From assembly GCA_000146045.2 (NCBI GenBank), contig BK006947.3, positions 32,001 through 96,000 on the forward strand: a stretch of 64,000 bases of DNA. Direction: 5' to 3'. Shown piece by piece: positions 10,071 to 20,661 of this stretch (position 1 is its first letter; each line of letters starts with the position of its first letter). Below the pieces are notes generated by a model, which was not told where the DNA came from, made no database searches, and saw only the letters and a program-made list of their open reading frames with translations. Source of the stretch: TPA_inf: Saccharomyces (lineage: Eukaryota). Position numbers and translations under genes: made by a program.

Positions 10071-11075
10071 TTATTTGTGATAATATCTCTCATTTCTGGG
10101 GAATGTACCCCACAGGCACCACTGTTTACTTTTGTCGCTGATATCTTCATAGAATTTTTCTTTATTCTTTGGGGTATTCTTCTCGGTGTAATATTCAATG
10201 AAAAATAAATATCGCCAGTTTCTATCATGTTCGTCCAAATGGAATGGTCTAGAGTTTATAGAACACATGTTGAGTGAATGGATTTTTAGTATGTTCAAAA
10301 CATCTACCAAAGAACCAGGGTCATCTTGACGAGTAGTAAAGGTGAGTAGGTTAACCCGTAGTAATCCAGTGTCTTCTACTTCATTGTCGCCTGCGTTCTC
10401 CCTTCTCTTCAATACTAAAAATCTTGTTGTATTTCCTAGCTTATCATTTATCGAATGTTCAATGATGTACGCCTTATGCAATTGGGCAGCTGTTTCACTA
10501 GCAATGGCTAAATGCAGAATGTTGTCGCAATCGGCCGTTGATGACCGAATGCATTGGTTCACTGATTCAGATGTGGAAGAACAATCCAATCTTATAAAGG
10601 TGACCTGCGGAAATTTTTCTGCCATGGACCTTAAGTAACATTCAACCTGGCCCCATACTTGCGGATGTGAGTGTATTATGACTTCTTCAAAATTTCCAAG
10701 GGATGCAATACCATTTGGTAGTTGGATTGGGCTGATTAGACAATGGGTAATGGGTACATATTGCTCCGCTATAACTTCTATATCTGGTGTAATTCTATTA
10801 GTATCTGCTGGAGCAGGTAAGGATAGGGCTTTTTTGATCATCCTATCACGCAAGAGATCATAGGAAAAAACTACTTGTCCATTGGTGGAATTTTCCAACG
10901 GTACCACTGAATAATCTATACTAGTGTCGTTCTCCAATTGGTTAAAACATTGGGGGATAGAGGCTGCTGGGAGGTACTCAACATCAGATGTTGATTGAAA
11001 TTGTTGTAATGCAGCTTGATGGGAATACGTACCTTTGGGACCCAGAAAAAGAACCCTCAAAGTCTTGCTGGCCAT
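10071..11075 (-). CDS. PHA2: Prephenate dehydratase (phenylalanine biosynthesis), 334 aa
   Basis: ATG at 11075 (MASKTLRVLFLGPKGTYSH...), with a PDT domain and a C-terminal ACT-like region. An in-frame upstream ATG at 11177 is noted in the findings. Confidence 0.85.
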   Translation of the reverse strand: MASKTLRVLFLGPKGTYSHQAALQQFQSTSDVEYLPAASIPQCFNQLENDTSIDYSVVPLENSTNGQVVFSYDLLRDRMIKKALSLPAPADTNRITPDIEVIAEQYVPITHCLISPIQLPNGIASLGNFEEVIIHSHPQVWGQVECYLRSMAEKFPQVTFIRLDCSSTSESVNQCIRSSTADCDNILHLAIASETAAQLHKAYIIEHSINDKLGNTTRFLVLKRRENAGDNEVEDTGLLRVNLLTFTTRQDDPGSLVDVLNILKIHSLNMCSINSRPFHLDEHDRNWRYLFFIEYYTEKNTPKNKEKFYEDISDKSKQWCLWGTFPRNERYYHK

Positions 11076-11197
11076 AATTGAAGGATGAATGCGGAAATAT
11101 AATGAAGTTGCTTTTCGTACTTTTTTAGCCTGTTCTTTCTGCGTATTATATTCATCTACTAAAATTTTTATTTTCATTTTTCATTATGAAAATACAA

Positions 11198-11203
11198 GAG
11201 TCA
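11198..11203 (-). promoter_or_regulatory. Gcn4-type TGACTC core about 125 bp upstream of the PHA2 ATG
   Basis: The plus strand reads gagtca (CATGACTCT in PHA2 orientation). This motif is typical of amino-acid biosynthetic promoters. Confidence 0.35.
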
Positions 11204-11278
11204 TGCTGATAACTGTGTAAAGAAACTGTACGCTTGTCGCAGATGATGTAGTACGTATTTTATTTACAGGTGTCATTA

Positions 11279-11301
11279 ATATATATATATATATATATAT
11301 A
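11279..11301. repeat. (AT)11 dinucleotide microsatellite in the PHA2 promoter / ATP11 3' region
   Basis: Read directly: atatatatatatatatatatata. Confidence 0.95.
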
Positions 11302-11323
11302 CGTATACGGAAGTAATTCTTCG

Positions 11324-12280
11324 TTAATTTTCCATGGACTGTGATAGCGAAATCAATTTCTCGACGGTGAATCCCGGAGAGGCCTTAGAGAAATCTCTTA
11401 ACAACTGCACTCTCTGTTTAGCAACTGGAGTTTCTTCACCCATTGCACCATAAAACCTTTGCACGTTTAGCAATAACAGCTGTGCATCCTGTACATTCAC
11501 GTTTGTATCCGGTTCAACATGGCCATTCATAAAAACAATTCCCTTATCCTTGACCAAATCAGAATGGAACTGCAAGGTAGTATGTGGCCTTGCAAATTCC
11601 TGGTGTAGTTTGTATTCTGCTAGGGAAGTCATCATACAATGTGTTGTTTGGGGTCCGACAAACTGCCATTGGATGTAGTGTAGTTCCATTCCCTGTTCTT
11701 CGTTCGGTTTTGCATCCTCAGATTGAACTTGTCTAGGAAGTGGCAACACGAATATAGGGTTATTCCTGGCATTTGCCATCATCTTATCATAAACGGAGAC
11801 AGGAATCACAGCGCATAATGTATTATCTTTTTGTGCCCATCTTGCTCTCCAAAGAAACTCTACTTCCTGTTTCGATAAGTCCTTCAGTTTTCCAACATCC
11901 AAAAAAGAGTCCAATGTTTTGAAGGGAACTTTAGGAGCACTTGGATCGAGAGGACTTCTTGATTTCGTCATCAAATGCTTGGAGTTGTTATTTTCCATTT
12001 GAGTTTTTTGTTGGTAATCCTCTAGTTCTTTCAGGGGGTCGATTTTATTAAATTCCCGCTTCTTAGACTCTATAGTCTCTTTCAAATGATTTTTCAACTC
12101 TTCTATGCTGTTAAAACCTTGTTTTTGAGCCTCTTCCAAAAGTTTCTTTCTATACTTCTGCTCTGGGCTGGAAGAATAAAAACGAAAAACAGGAACTGTT
12201 CCAATTGCCTTGTTAAAAATGGGCGACAGCTGATTAGAAATATGGATTCTAGTGCCGATTTTTCTGGTTAGTCTCCACAT
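11324..12280 (-). CDS. ATP11: Mitochondrial F1-ATPase assembly chaperone, 318 aa
   Basis: ATG at 12280 (MWRLTRKIG..., a mitochondrial presequence). The ORF-track start at 12316 is TTG. The length matches ATP11. Confidence 0.85.
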
Positions 12281-12446
12281 AGTTATTCTTAAATCTCTTT
12301 TGTTCTCTATTTTCAAGTCTTGATAAGTTCTTCACATCCTTCGATTACGGCGTCAAAATAAGCGTTATTTCCATTCGGGTGAGTTGAACCATTGATAACA
12401 ACATGGTTTAACGATACTTTGAAAGGTTTAGGCGGAGCCAACCATA

Positions 12447-13214
12447 ATGGATGAATCGGTGGATCCTGTGGAGCTGCTTCTACGACTACTGATACGGCAC
12501 AAACCTCATCTGAAACCATATGCCTACAGACAAGATAGCTGGCAAAGGGTGCTCGATGAGTACAACAGACAGACTGGGTCAAGATATAGACAATCAAGGA
12601 CGTTAAAAACCAAATTTCGTCGACTGAAGGACCTCTTCAGCGCAGATCGAGCCCAATTCTCTCCTTCCCAGTTGAAGCTGATGGGAGCACTCTTGGACGA
12701 AGCACCAGAACATCCAAGACCAAGAACTAAATTCGGAAATGAATCATCTTCATCCTTATCATCATCTTCTTTCATTAAAAGTCATCCGGGGCCTGATCCG
12801 TTTCAACAATTATCATCCGCTGAACATCCGAATAACCACAGCTCCGACGATGAGCATTCAGGCTCACAACCGCTGCCCCTGGATTCAATAACGATTGGAA
12901 TTCCGCCTACTCTTCACACAATCCCCATGATTCTGTCTAAGGATAACGACGTCGGGAAAGTCATCAAAAGCCCTAAGATAAACAAGGGTACAAATAGGTT
13001 CAGCGAGACAGTACTGCCTCCACAAATGGCTGCTGAGCAATCGTGGTCGGACTCTAATATGGAATTGGAAATATGTCTAGATTATCTTCACAACGAACTC
13101 GAGGTGATAAAGAAAAGGCAAGAAGATTTTGAGTGTAAAGTTTTAAACAAGCTCAACATAATTGAGGCTCTCCTTTCACAGATGAGACCACCCAGCCAAG
13201 GAGATAAAATATAA
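12447..13214 (+). CDS. DAL82: Allantoin-pathway positive transcription regulator, 255 aa
   Basis: ATG at 12447 (MDESVDPV). The 255 aa length and its position, divergent from ATP11, match the reference. Confidence 0.85.
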   Translation: MDESVDPVELLLRLLIRHKPHLKPYAYRQDSWQRVLDEYNRQTGSRYRQSRTLKTKFRRLKDLFSADRAQFSPSQLKLMGALLDEAPEHPRPRTKFGNESSSSLSSSSFIKSHPGPDPFQQLSSAEHPNNHSSDDEHSGSQPLPLDSITIGIPPTLHTIPMILSKDNDVGKVIKSPKINKGTNRFSETVLPPQMAAEQSWSDSNMELEICLDYLHNELEVIKKRQEDFECKVLNKLNIIEALLSQMRPPSQGDKI

Positions 13215-13307
13215 AAACTTCTATTAGATATGCTTGATTCATGTCCATATGTATCTATTTATACAAACATTACGTAATATACACAGATTATACATGAAAG
13301 GTGCTCT

Positions 13308-16022
13308 TCATATTTGGCTTCTTGCTTCCACTAGCCTATCCCAACCAGGAGAGTCATCCCATCTGCCTTTGCCTTTACTCATTAGAGCTTTGATAGTAGA
13401 TCTACATTTGTATTTCCAGTCTTTGCAAACCAGACTGCCTGGCCCATATTTACCTTCCATTTCACCAAGTGATTCATAGGCAGCCACCAAATCTTCACAA
13501 GCATCCACTGTATCATTCCAAACCTTTTCTTCAACTTCTAAATCAGGATTGTGAGAAATGGCCCTATAAGCCTTCTCGTGGCATTCTAGGGCGGCCCATG
13601 GTCTCTTCCTCCAAAGTTCTACTCTTGCGACCAGTCGCCAACATCTTGCACTGGTTGTAATTACCTGAGGTAAAGTGTTACAGATAAACTCAGTACAGCT
13701 CTTTTGAAAATAAGATAATTGCTGCGGCTCCTCTGGATATTCACTAGTCACTAATAGTTCTACTAGTTTTTCAATAATTGGTAAGTCGATGGAACCTTCG
13801 CCAGATTTGTCCCTCCTAATACTGACTAATTGTTTACATGCAGTTAAGACATCCTCCCACTCATTCAACTTAACAGCAACAAGCATGTAATTCTCCCAAA
13901 TTTTCCAGTTCTTTTGAGCGTCACATGAAATGGCTCTTTTCAAACAACTATAAGCTTCTTTCAATTTATCCATTTTCGTATATGCAGCGCTCAAATTTGA
14001 CCATGAAAGAGCATGATAAGGGTCTAATGAAACACATCTGGTAAATGCCTCCGCAGCTATCTGCATTTTACCACATTGTAATCCAACGCAACCATAAAAA
14101 TACCACGTTTCAAAGCTTAATGGGTATTGCCTTAACGAGTCATTTAAATGTTTCAAGGTAGCAGAGTAATTTGGTTGTGCTCCAGACTTTGGAGGAGGAT
14201 TAAAGTAATACTTTGCAAGGGAATTTTTTGCGTTGACGTATTTTCCAATCTCCCAACTTTTTTCCCATAGGGATGGATCCTGTTTTATATCACCCAAAAT
14301 GGAGTAAGCCCTGGCATCCGAATCATTTTCATTTATTCTTTGAAGAAGGATTTCTTCTGCCTTTTTTTCATCTCCAACAGCGGCATAACATAATGCAGTC
14401 TCGCATGCCATACCAAGTCTTTCATAAATTTCCACAGCGGACTTCAAAATACCCAGCGACATATATTTTTCAGCTAAGGTGGCATCCAATTGCCACCTAG
14501 GGATGAACGGCAGCTGGTGGATGTATGACAGCCTGCTAGCAACATTGATTTCGCTTGAACTTGGAACCAATTTACTCTTAATCTTCAAATCCAATTCTTC
14601 TACGAGGGATTGCATTTGTAAAAGTCCTCTTTCAATAGTTTTAGCCTTTGTTGTCTCAATAATTGACCTTTCCCATAATGATCGGGCGAAAATAGACCAA
14701 TTTTTGTCACCGTTTTGATATAATATTCTAGAAAGCAAAGCAGTAAGTTCTTCTTCCACAAGAGGATCCTTGGCCGGAGTTGTGTTCTTTATGGTGTAAA
14801 GACGTAACAGCAACTGGATGTTGTCGTAATCAGATAGGGTAGGTTGATCGTTAGGGTTCAAATCCAGCAACAACTTTGGAATATTTTCTTGACGTAGTGC
14901 CAATGGCAATAGTTTATCTTCTTCATAACCTTCATTTAGGTCTACCTTTTGTCTTTTACTATAAATTTGCTCGTCTAGAGGTTCATCAGCAATGGACTCA
15001 AAATGAGGCTTCTCCAATAATAGATCGGACTCTAAAGCAAATGTTTCTGGTGTAGCAGATGTCGTTCTCAAAGCAAAATTTTGAAATGTGAAGGATTTGG
15101 CAAGAATGATCAAACCGGCATGAGCCTTTTGCTGATATTTAGTTCTAGTAGCGCGTGCACCCGTCATTACAAATTCAAAATTTGTTATCTTTTTCGCTCT
15201 GGTCAAGGATGGCAGGCACAAATGTTCTGTGTTGATGGCCAATGAACATTTGACATTCTCTAGATAGTACATTGCACAAAGTTCTCTTTTGAAATCTTCG
15301 TGAATACTCTCCGGTAATTCCTTAGTTATCGCATATGCAAGGTCAGCAGACTGATATATTGCAGATGCAACACTAGCTTGGAACCCAGAAGGTTCTGGAA
15401 TCAGTGACAATTGCGTCAAAAGAGCTCTTGCCCACCACCAATAAGCTACAGCTAATAATCCAGGAGTAGACTCAGCAGAGATAATAGGTAGCGGAATTTC
15501 TTGATCCGGGGTAACATCAAATAAGCTTTTTTGGCCGGTTATCCTTTCAAGTAATAATAGTGATAAAACCAAATACAATGGATCATCCATAAATTCGTAG
15601 GCAGGCTGGCCCATAATGGCTAATGAGCGGGAAAGGGCTGTATTAACTGCTCCTATTTCAATTCCAGTTTTGCCAAACAAACCTGAGATTGCTTTCAACC
15701 TAGCTGCTGGGCCGGTGTAGTTATTTTGAATAAAGGTCTGTAAGAGGGCAATAGCCAAAAATAGCATCTCATTTTCTTGGCCCATTTTGAAAACCTCAAC
15801 GTTAAGAAAGTCATTTAGAGCAGCAATAACACTAGATGTGGATATTTCTCCCGAAATACTAATTTTTCCCTTAAATTTGTCCACAAATTGCTGTACTAGC
15901 TGGTATGATTCACCACTGATGATATGTTCAGCCTTTTTCACATATGTCTGGTCGAAAGAACCACTTTTCAGAGATTCTACTTCTGCAGACAGCAATAATT
16001 TTGCATGCAATAACGTCTCCAT
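13308..16022 (-). CDS. EMW1: TPR-repeat protein essential for cell-wall maintenance, 904 aa
   Basis: ATG at 16022. Multiple TPR-like helical repeats in the C-terminal half. Length 904 aa. Confidence 0.85.
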   Translation of the reverse strand: METLLHAKLLLSAEVESLKSGSFDQTYVKKAEHIISGESYQLVQQFVDKFKGKISISGEISTSSVIAALNDFLNVEVFKMGQENEMLFLAIALLQTFIQNNYTGPAARLKAISGLFGKTGIEIGAVNTALSRSLAIMGQPAYEFMDDPLYLVLSLLLLERITGQKSLFDVTPDQEIPLPIISAESTPGLLAVAYWWWARALLTQLSLIPEPSGFQASVASAIYQSADLAYAITKELPESIHEDFKRELCAMYYLENVKCSLAINTEHLCLPSLTRAKKITNFEFVMTGARATRTKYQQKAHAGLIILAKSFTFQNFALRTTSATPETFALESDLLLEKPHFESIADEPLDEQIYSKRQKVDLNEGYEEDKLLPLALRQENIPKLLLDLNPNDQPTLSDYDNIQLLLRLYTIKNTTPAKDPLVEEELTALLSRILYQNGDKNWSIFARSLWERSIIETTKAKTIERGLLQMQSLVEELDLKIKSKLVPSSSEINVASRLSYIHQLPFIPRWQLDATLAEKYMSLGILKSAVEIYERLGMACETALCYAAVGDEKKAEEILLQRINENDSDARAYSILGDIKQDPSLWEKSWEIGKYVNAKNSLAKYYFNPPPKSGAQPNYSATLKHLNDSLRQYPLSFETWYFYGCVGLQCGKMQIAAEAFTRCVSLDPYHALSWSNLSAAYTKMDKLKEAYSCLKRAISCDAQKNWKIWENYMLVAVKLNEWEDVLTACKQLVSIRRDKSGEGSIDLPIIEKLVELLVTSEYPEEPQQLSYFQKSCTEFICNTLPQVITTSARCWRLVARVELWRKRPWAALECHEKAYRAISHNPDLEVEEKVWNDTVDACEDLVAAYESLGEMEGKYGPGSLVCKDWKYKCRSTIKALMSKGKGRWDDSPGWDRLVEARSQI

Positions 16023-16166
16023 AATTTTGCAACCACTAGTTTACTTTTTGCCTGGTCTGATAGCTTCTTTTTAGCAATTCCTTTGGCCTCGATGAGCTTC
16101 CATTTTCAATTTTCATCTTTTTTTTCACGATGCGAAGTTTCTTAGATAATTATCGCCATATACGAA

Positions 16167-16184
16167 ACGCGTTAGGAAACGCGT
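16167..16184. promoter_or_regulatory. Two MluI cell-cycle boxes (ACGCGT at 16167-16172 and 16179-16184) about 105-120 bp upstream of the RFA2 ATG
   Basis: Read directly: cgaaACGCGTtaggaaACGCGTtc. MBF (Mbp1-Swi6) sites are typical of DNA-replication genes. Confidence 0.85.
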
Positions 16185-16286
16185 TCTTTCCTTTATAATA
16201 AGCAATATTATATCAACTTAAGGTGGAAGTAATGTGGCAAAATCGATAGCGACTATCTAGAACAGGCTAGTTTAAGCATATACATA

Positions 16287-17216
16287 ATGGCAAGTATGTA
16301 TTAGTGCTAGGAATTGGAGGATTTGCTCTTTTCTGCATCATTTTTTTTATTTTTATTGGCGAATGTTAAAATTACTAACAATGGATGGGATTCCAATACA
16401 GCCTATCAACCATATAACGAATATTCATCAGTAACGGGCGGTGGCTTTGAGAACTCTGAGTCCCGCCCAGGTAGTGGGGAGTCGGAAACTAACACTAGAG
16501 TTAACACCTTGACACCTGTGACGATCAAACAAATTCTAGAGTCCAAACAGGATATTCAGGACGGCCCCTTCGTTTCGCATAACCAAGAACTTCATCACGT
16601 TTGTTTTGTAGGTGTGGTGAGAAACATTACAGACCATACTGCAAATATTTTTTTAACTATTGAGGATGGAACTGGTCAAATAGAAGTGAGAAAATGGAGC
16701 GAAGATGCAAATGACTTGGCTGCCGGTAACGATGACTCTTCTGGTAAAGGTTATGGTTCGCAAGTCGCCCAACAATTTGAAATTGGCGGTTACGTAAAAG
16801 TTTTTGGTGCTTTGAAAGAGTTTGGTGGTAAGAAAAATATACAGTATGCGGTGATTAAGCCCATAGATTCATTCAATGAAGTGTTGACGCATCACTTGGA
16901 AGTCATCAAATGTCATTCCATAGCCAGTGGAATGATGAAACAACCTTTGGAGAGTGCATCCAACAACAATGGGCAATCATTATTTGTCAAGGATGATAAC
17001 GATACATCTTCCGGCTCCAGTCCGTTACAAAGAATTCTAGAATTTTGTAAGAAGCAATGTGAGGGCAAAGACGCTAATTCATTCGCTGTTCCCATTCCAT
17101 TGATCTCGCAATCCTTGAATTTGGATGAAACTACCGTCAGAAACTGCTGTACGACCTTGACTGACCAGGGTTTTATCTACCCAACTTTTGATGACAATAA
17201 CTTCTTTGCCCTATGA
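16287..17216 (+). CDS. RFA2: Replication protein A 32 kDa subunit. Spliced: exon1 16287-16293 (ATGGCAA), intron 16294-16401, exon2 16402-17216; 273 aa
   Basis: Exon1 is followed by a GTATGT donor at 16294 and a TACTAAC branch point at 16373-16379. The CAG acceptor ends at 16401. The joined frame gives MA-TYQPYNEYSS.... The OB-fold and C-terminal winged-helix regions fall inside the ORF-track frame 16314-17216. Confidence 0.9.
16294..16401 (+). other. Spliceosomal intron of RFA2 (108 nt)
   Basis: GTATGT ... TACTAAC ... CAG. Confidence 0.9.
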
Positions 17217-17396
17217 AAATATATAGATTATTTTTTTAGCATTTCTTAGTATTCGTTTGTGTATTTCTACTAGGTAAGTACCAAAATTTGCCGGAAATAG
17301 AGTGGAAAATGGAACCCGTTCCAAGAAGGGGTAAGATGCATGAATATTAAGTTGGTTGCATAAATATGCTATATAAAGTCCACTACAAAAAGTCAT

Positions 17397-19688
17397 TTAT
17401 TTTTGCCCGTAAGAATAAAGAACGAATCCGTCCTTATCTCTGACTTCAATGGGAACATTTACACGCAGTACGGGCTTCAATAATAGTTCCCAGTCGTATC
17501 TGGTTCTAGGTGTACATAATGAAAAATGTCTCAGCATTCTTATTTTGACAGCTTTGAATTTTGACAAATTTCTCAGGAAACACCAGAGGTTAATATTTGG
17601 AATATCTTTAAAATTCTCTGGATCTTGGAAATCATTGAAAAAATTTTCCAATGTCACATTTTGTAAGAACTCCTCCACATCTAAATCTCTATATTCGATG
17701 GTTCGGTTCTTCAATTTGATTAAACTATCTCTTAGGCAACGCCTTACAGAGTTGTTCCAATAGTAAGTGTGGTGAATGTCTGATTCAGGGCTCATTACTG
17801 TACTTAAATTTGGAACTGCATTAGCATTTGGTATGTTATCTCTTATGGAATTATTTTCGTAACCGATTAATGTTTCTTGATCGTTCTCGTCGCCAACATC
17901 CTCATCTGTCTCATCAACACTAGTAATTGTTCTTGCTAGATGTTCCCAAAACGATAGAGGGGATAAAGGATACACATTGGTAAAGGGGATATTGATTACG
18001 TTAATAGAAATATTTTTACTTGGAAGTCTCTCCCAAAGTAAGCGGTAATAATGGTAGAAAGAATGAAATTCAGGGATTCTTTGTCGTTGAAAATTTTGTA
18101 GCTGTGCCGCAGTTAACATGGCGGGCTTTTTGTTATTGTCTGGTGATGGGTTATTTGAAACATCATTTCCTGTAGTTCTAGAAATATAGTTCAGATTTAA
18201 GGACAATACAACTGAAGATGTCGGCGGAGGAGTAATTATCTTCGAATCTGATGGCGCTTCAAATAATGTTTCTGTCATGGAATTGCAGTCATCAAAATCA
18301 TCTTCTGTATCCAAACTTCGCTGTTGGAAATAATATGATTCGCCGACTACCTGTTCGTTAGTGAAACATTTGCTATTACAATCAATTGTTAGATTGGATA
18401 ACGATGGGAAACAACTGCATAACAATAAGTCGAATTTACTGTTAATCTTCAGTAAGGATAGATGTTTGACCATTTTAAAGTAAGAGTGAAACAAACGTAA
18501 TATTCCATTTCCAGGAACTACATCACATGAATCTAAAGTAAGTGCAGTGATAGGAGACTGTAAACTGTACAGTTCATTATCTTCGTTCTTTAGAAATAGT
18601 GGTAAGAATTCCATTGGAGTATCTAGCGATTCGGTGTCTATCGTTACATTTTCTAGTTTAAGTTCATTAATTATGCCGAAACAGCAGAATAAACTCGGTC
18701 TTAGTACGAGCTTTTGGTGATGGCGTTGACGATTAAAGGTTCTTTGTCTTTTATTATTAGCTTTGATTTCCAGTATTTTCAACCTTGGCAGAGAATAATA
18801 CTTGGATTCGTATTCTTTGACAAATTTTTTGGATAGTTGGAAAGTCCTCAAATCTTCGTTTGTGATGGATTGCTGGCCCTTGATTATTTTCTTGAAAAAA
18901 TCTCTAGATCCATCGTTGAATACAGAGTACCATAAAGGAATTTTAAAATTCGGTTCCACATCACTCAGAATCACTCTGGTCAGGTTCGGTAGATAGTCTA
19001 TAATATCAAGCATTAGCTCAATATAAGTATAATGGAAGTAGTTGCTTTCCAATTTATCAAGCAGTTTGATTCGTTCTGAAGTTATGATGGGAGTCTCATC
19101 GTTTAGTCTGATGTTATTCAGTTTTTTTACGTCTTTATCATACGAATCGAGTTTATAAGATCCAGCAATAATAGAATCTTGGCCACTCTTATTATAGAAC
19201 TTACTGTATTTTAACAACGAGTCTTGGGACTGAGGATTTTTGAATTCGATGGATCTTACGAGGAACCTTGCATTTTGTGATCTAGATTGTGTGCTACAAT
19301 CACCGCTGTGTGTGACAATGTTCGACGTGTGGAACTCGGAGTGTATCAAAGCATTGAACTTTAACAACGAAAGTTTTGAGTCCAAAATAACGTTTTGGAA
19401 AAGGAACTCATTCGTAATCAAATTGTAGAACCTCGAATTGACTTGGCATAGTGTTACTAATGTATTGAAGTCCAAAGTTCGCAGTATTAACAGTAGAACT
19501 TTTGTTGGCAAACACATGAGGGACGATTTATCGTTGAAGCGTAGTGATCTCGATTTGATATCATGGCTCGTACTATGTAGAAGGCTTTTGGCATCAGCAC
19601 AGCCCTCTTCCTCTTCTTCTTCCTCCTTCGCAGCACTGGAGACCAGCGAGAAATATTTTGATCTACCAAACAATTGCAACCGTTTCAT
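17397..19688 (-). CDS. SKP2: F-box protein, 763 aa
   Basis: ATG at 19688. F-box segment LPTKVLLLILRTLDFNTLVTLCQVNSRFYNL near the N-terminus. Length 763 aa. Confidence 0.85.
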   Translation of the reverse strand: MKRLQLFGRSKYFSLVSSAAKEEEEEEEGCADAKSLLHSTSHDIKSRSLRFNDKSSLMCLPTKVLLLILRTLDFNTLVTLCQVNSRFYNLITNEFLFQNVILDSKLSLLKFNALIHSEFHTSNIVTHSGDCSTQSRSQNARFLVRSIEFKNPQSQDSLLKYSKFYNKSGQDSIIAGSYKLDSYDKDVKKLNNIRLNDETPIITSERIKLLDKLESNYFHYTYIELMLDIIDYLPNLTRVILSDVEPNFKIPLWYSVFNDGSRDFFKKIIKGQQSITNEDLRTFQLSKKFVKEYESKYYSLPRLKILEIKANNKRQRTFNRQRHHQKLVLRPSLFCCFGIINELKLENVTIDTESLDTPMEFLPLFLKNEDNELYSLQSPITALTLDSCDVVPGNGILRLFHSYFKMVKHLSLLKINSKFDLLLCSCFPSLSNLTIDCNSKCFTNEQVVGESYYFQQRSLDTEDDFDDCNSMTETLFEAPSDSKIITPPPTSSVVLSLNLNYISRTTGNDVSNNPSPDNNKKPAMLTAAQLQNFQRQRIPEFHSFYHYYRLLWERLPSKNISINVINIPFTNVYPLSPLSFWEHLARTITSVDETDEDVGDENDQETLIGYENNSIRDNIPNANAVPNLSTVMSPESDIHHTYYWNNSVRRCLRDSLIKLKNRTIEYRDLDVEEFLQNVTLENFFNDFQDPENFKDIPNINLWCFLRNLSKFKAVKIRMLRHFSLCTPRTRYDWELLLKPVLRVNVPIEVRDKDGFVLYSYGQK

Positions 19689-19906
19689 GATTCGGTTGGT
19701 TTGAACGTTTGAAAATGCGGTTCAACTTTTCATATCTAGCAGTGGCTCATCTTTATGTACTCTAGTCCTAAATCTTCTGCTGGTTATCGCAAAAAAATAT
19801 GTGATGTGCGGGTTTTTGGCAGTAATCATGACTCAGTCTCTGGAAAAACGTGCTATTTAACGGTTATATATCTATCTATGTACATGCCTGTGCATGAGCT
19901 CTTCAT

Positions 19907-20431
19907 TCATTTCTGGGAAGGGTGAGGGAGCTGGGATGCATTTTCTGAGTTGTTCTTGGCATATTTTCCCAGGACGTCCTTTAGCGAATCTGGGATGTCT
20001 TCAAACTCCAAGTCGCCCACGTCTTGGCTAACTTGTTCTCCGTTAGCTTTCATTAACTGTTCCACGGTAACATGATGATCATGGAATATTTTCAGATGGT
20101 CTGCTATCAAATGTCTCACTTTGCAGTGCGGACAAGAGATCAAGACAGTACCTTTCTCGTACGCCTGCTTGGACATTGTGTGTGAAGATCGGGTGTTACA
20201 TTTCTTGCAGGTGAAAGCTATCATCATCTTAGGCTTGTCTACCTTAAAAGACCCCAAATGAACCTTCTTATCGTCCTTTTTCACTTCATTATGTGCGATG
20301 ATATTGGTATGCAACGCTGCTGCGGGTAGAGTACGGCACACGTTGTAGCGTACGCGAGGCGCCCAACATCTGGCAAAGTACCTGGTAATTGGTATTTTAC
20401 TTTGCAGTAGTGTTCTAGTCCTCGGAATCAT
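19907..20431 (-). CDS. ZIM17: Mitochondrial matrix zinc-finger Hsp70 escort protein, 174 aa
   Basis: ATG at 20431 ([10 protein letters not shown], a presequence). CxxC...CxxC zinc ribbon ([10 protein letters not shown]...[10 protein letters not shown]). The upstream in-frame ATG at 20524 most likely lies in the 5' region rather than the CDS. Confidence 0.85.
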
Positions 20432-20661
20432 GTTCAGTCTCTTGATATTCCAGTTGCACCGGTGCTGCTTTAGTATCGCTGATCCCTTGAAGCCAACATG
20501 ACGCTCTTTCACCTTTCCTCTCATAATTTTGATATCACGCGAAAATGCAAGAAAAAAAAATTACAATTATGAAGTGCAGAAGGAACCAAAAATATCATCG
20601 AAAGAAGGAGTACGTAGAGCGTTACTATTTTCAATCAGTGTTCCCATTGTGCATACAAGAA

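Noticed and set aside
12313-12597. Minus-strand 94-aa ORF spanning the ATP11 5' end and the DAL82 start
   Set aside because: It overlaps two well-supported divergent genes and their 166-bp shared promoter. No motif support. Probably a chance ORF.
13234-13479. 81-aa plus-strand ORF at the DAL82/EMW1 convergent junction, and 60-115 aa antisense ORFs inside EMW1, MON2, MSB3 and SEC21
   Set aside because: All lie antisense to or between strongly supported genes, lack motifs, and are of the length expected by chance in 64 kb.
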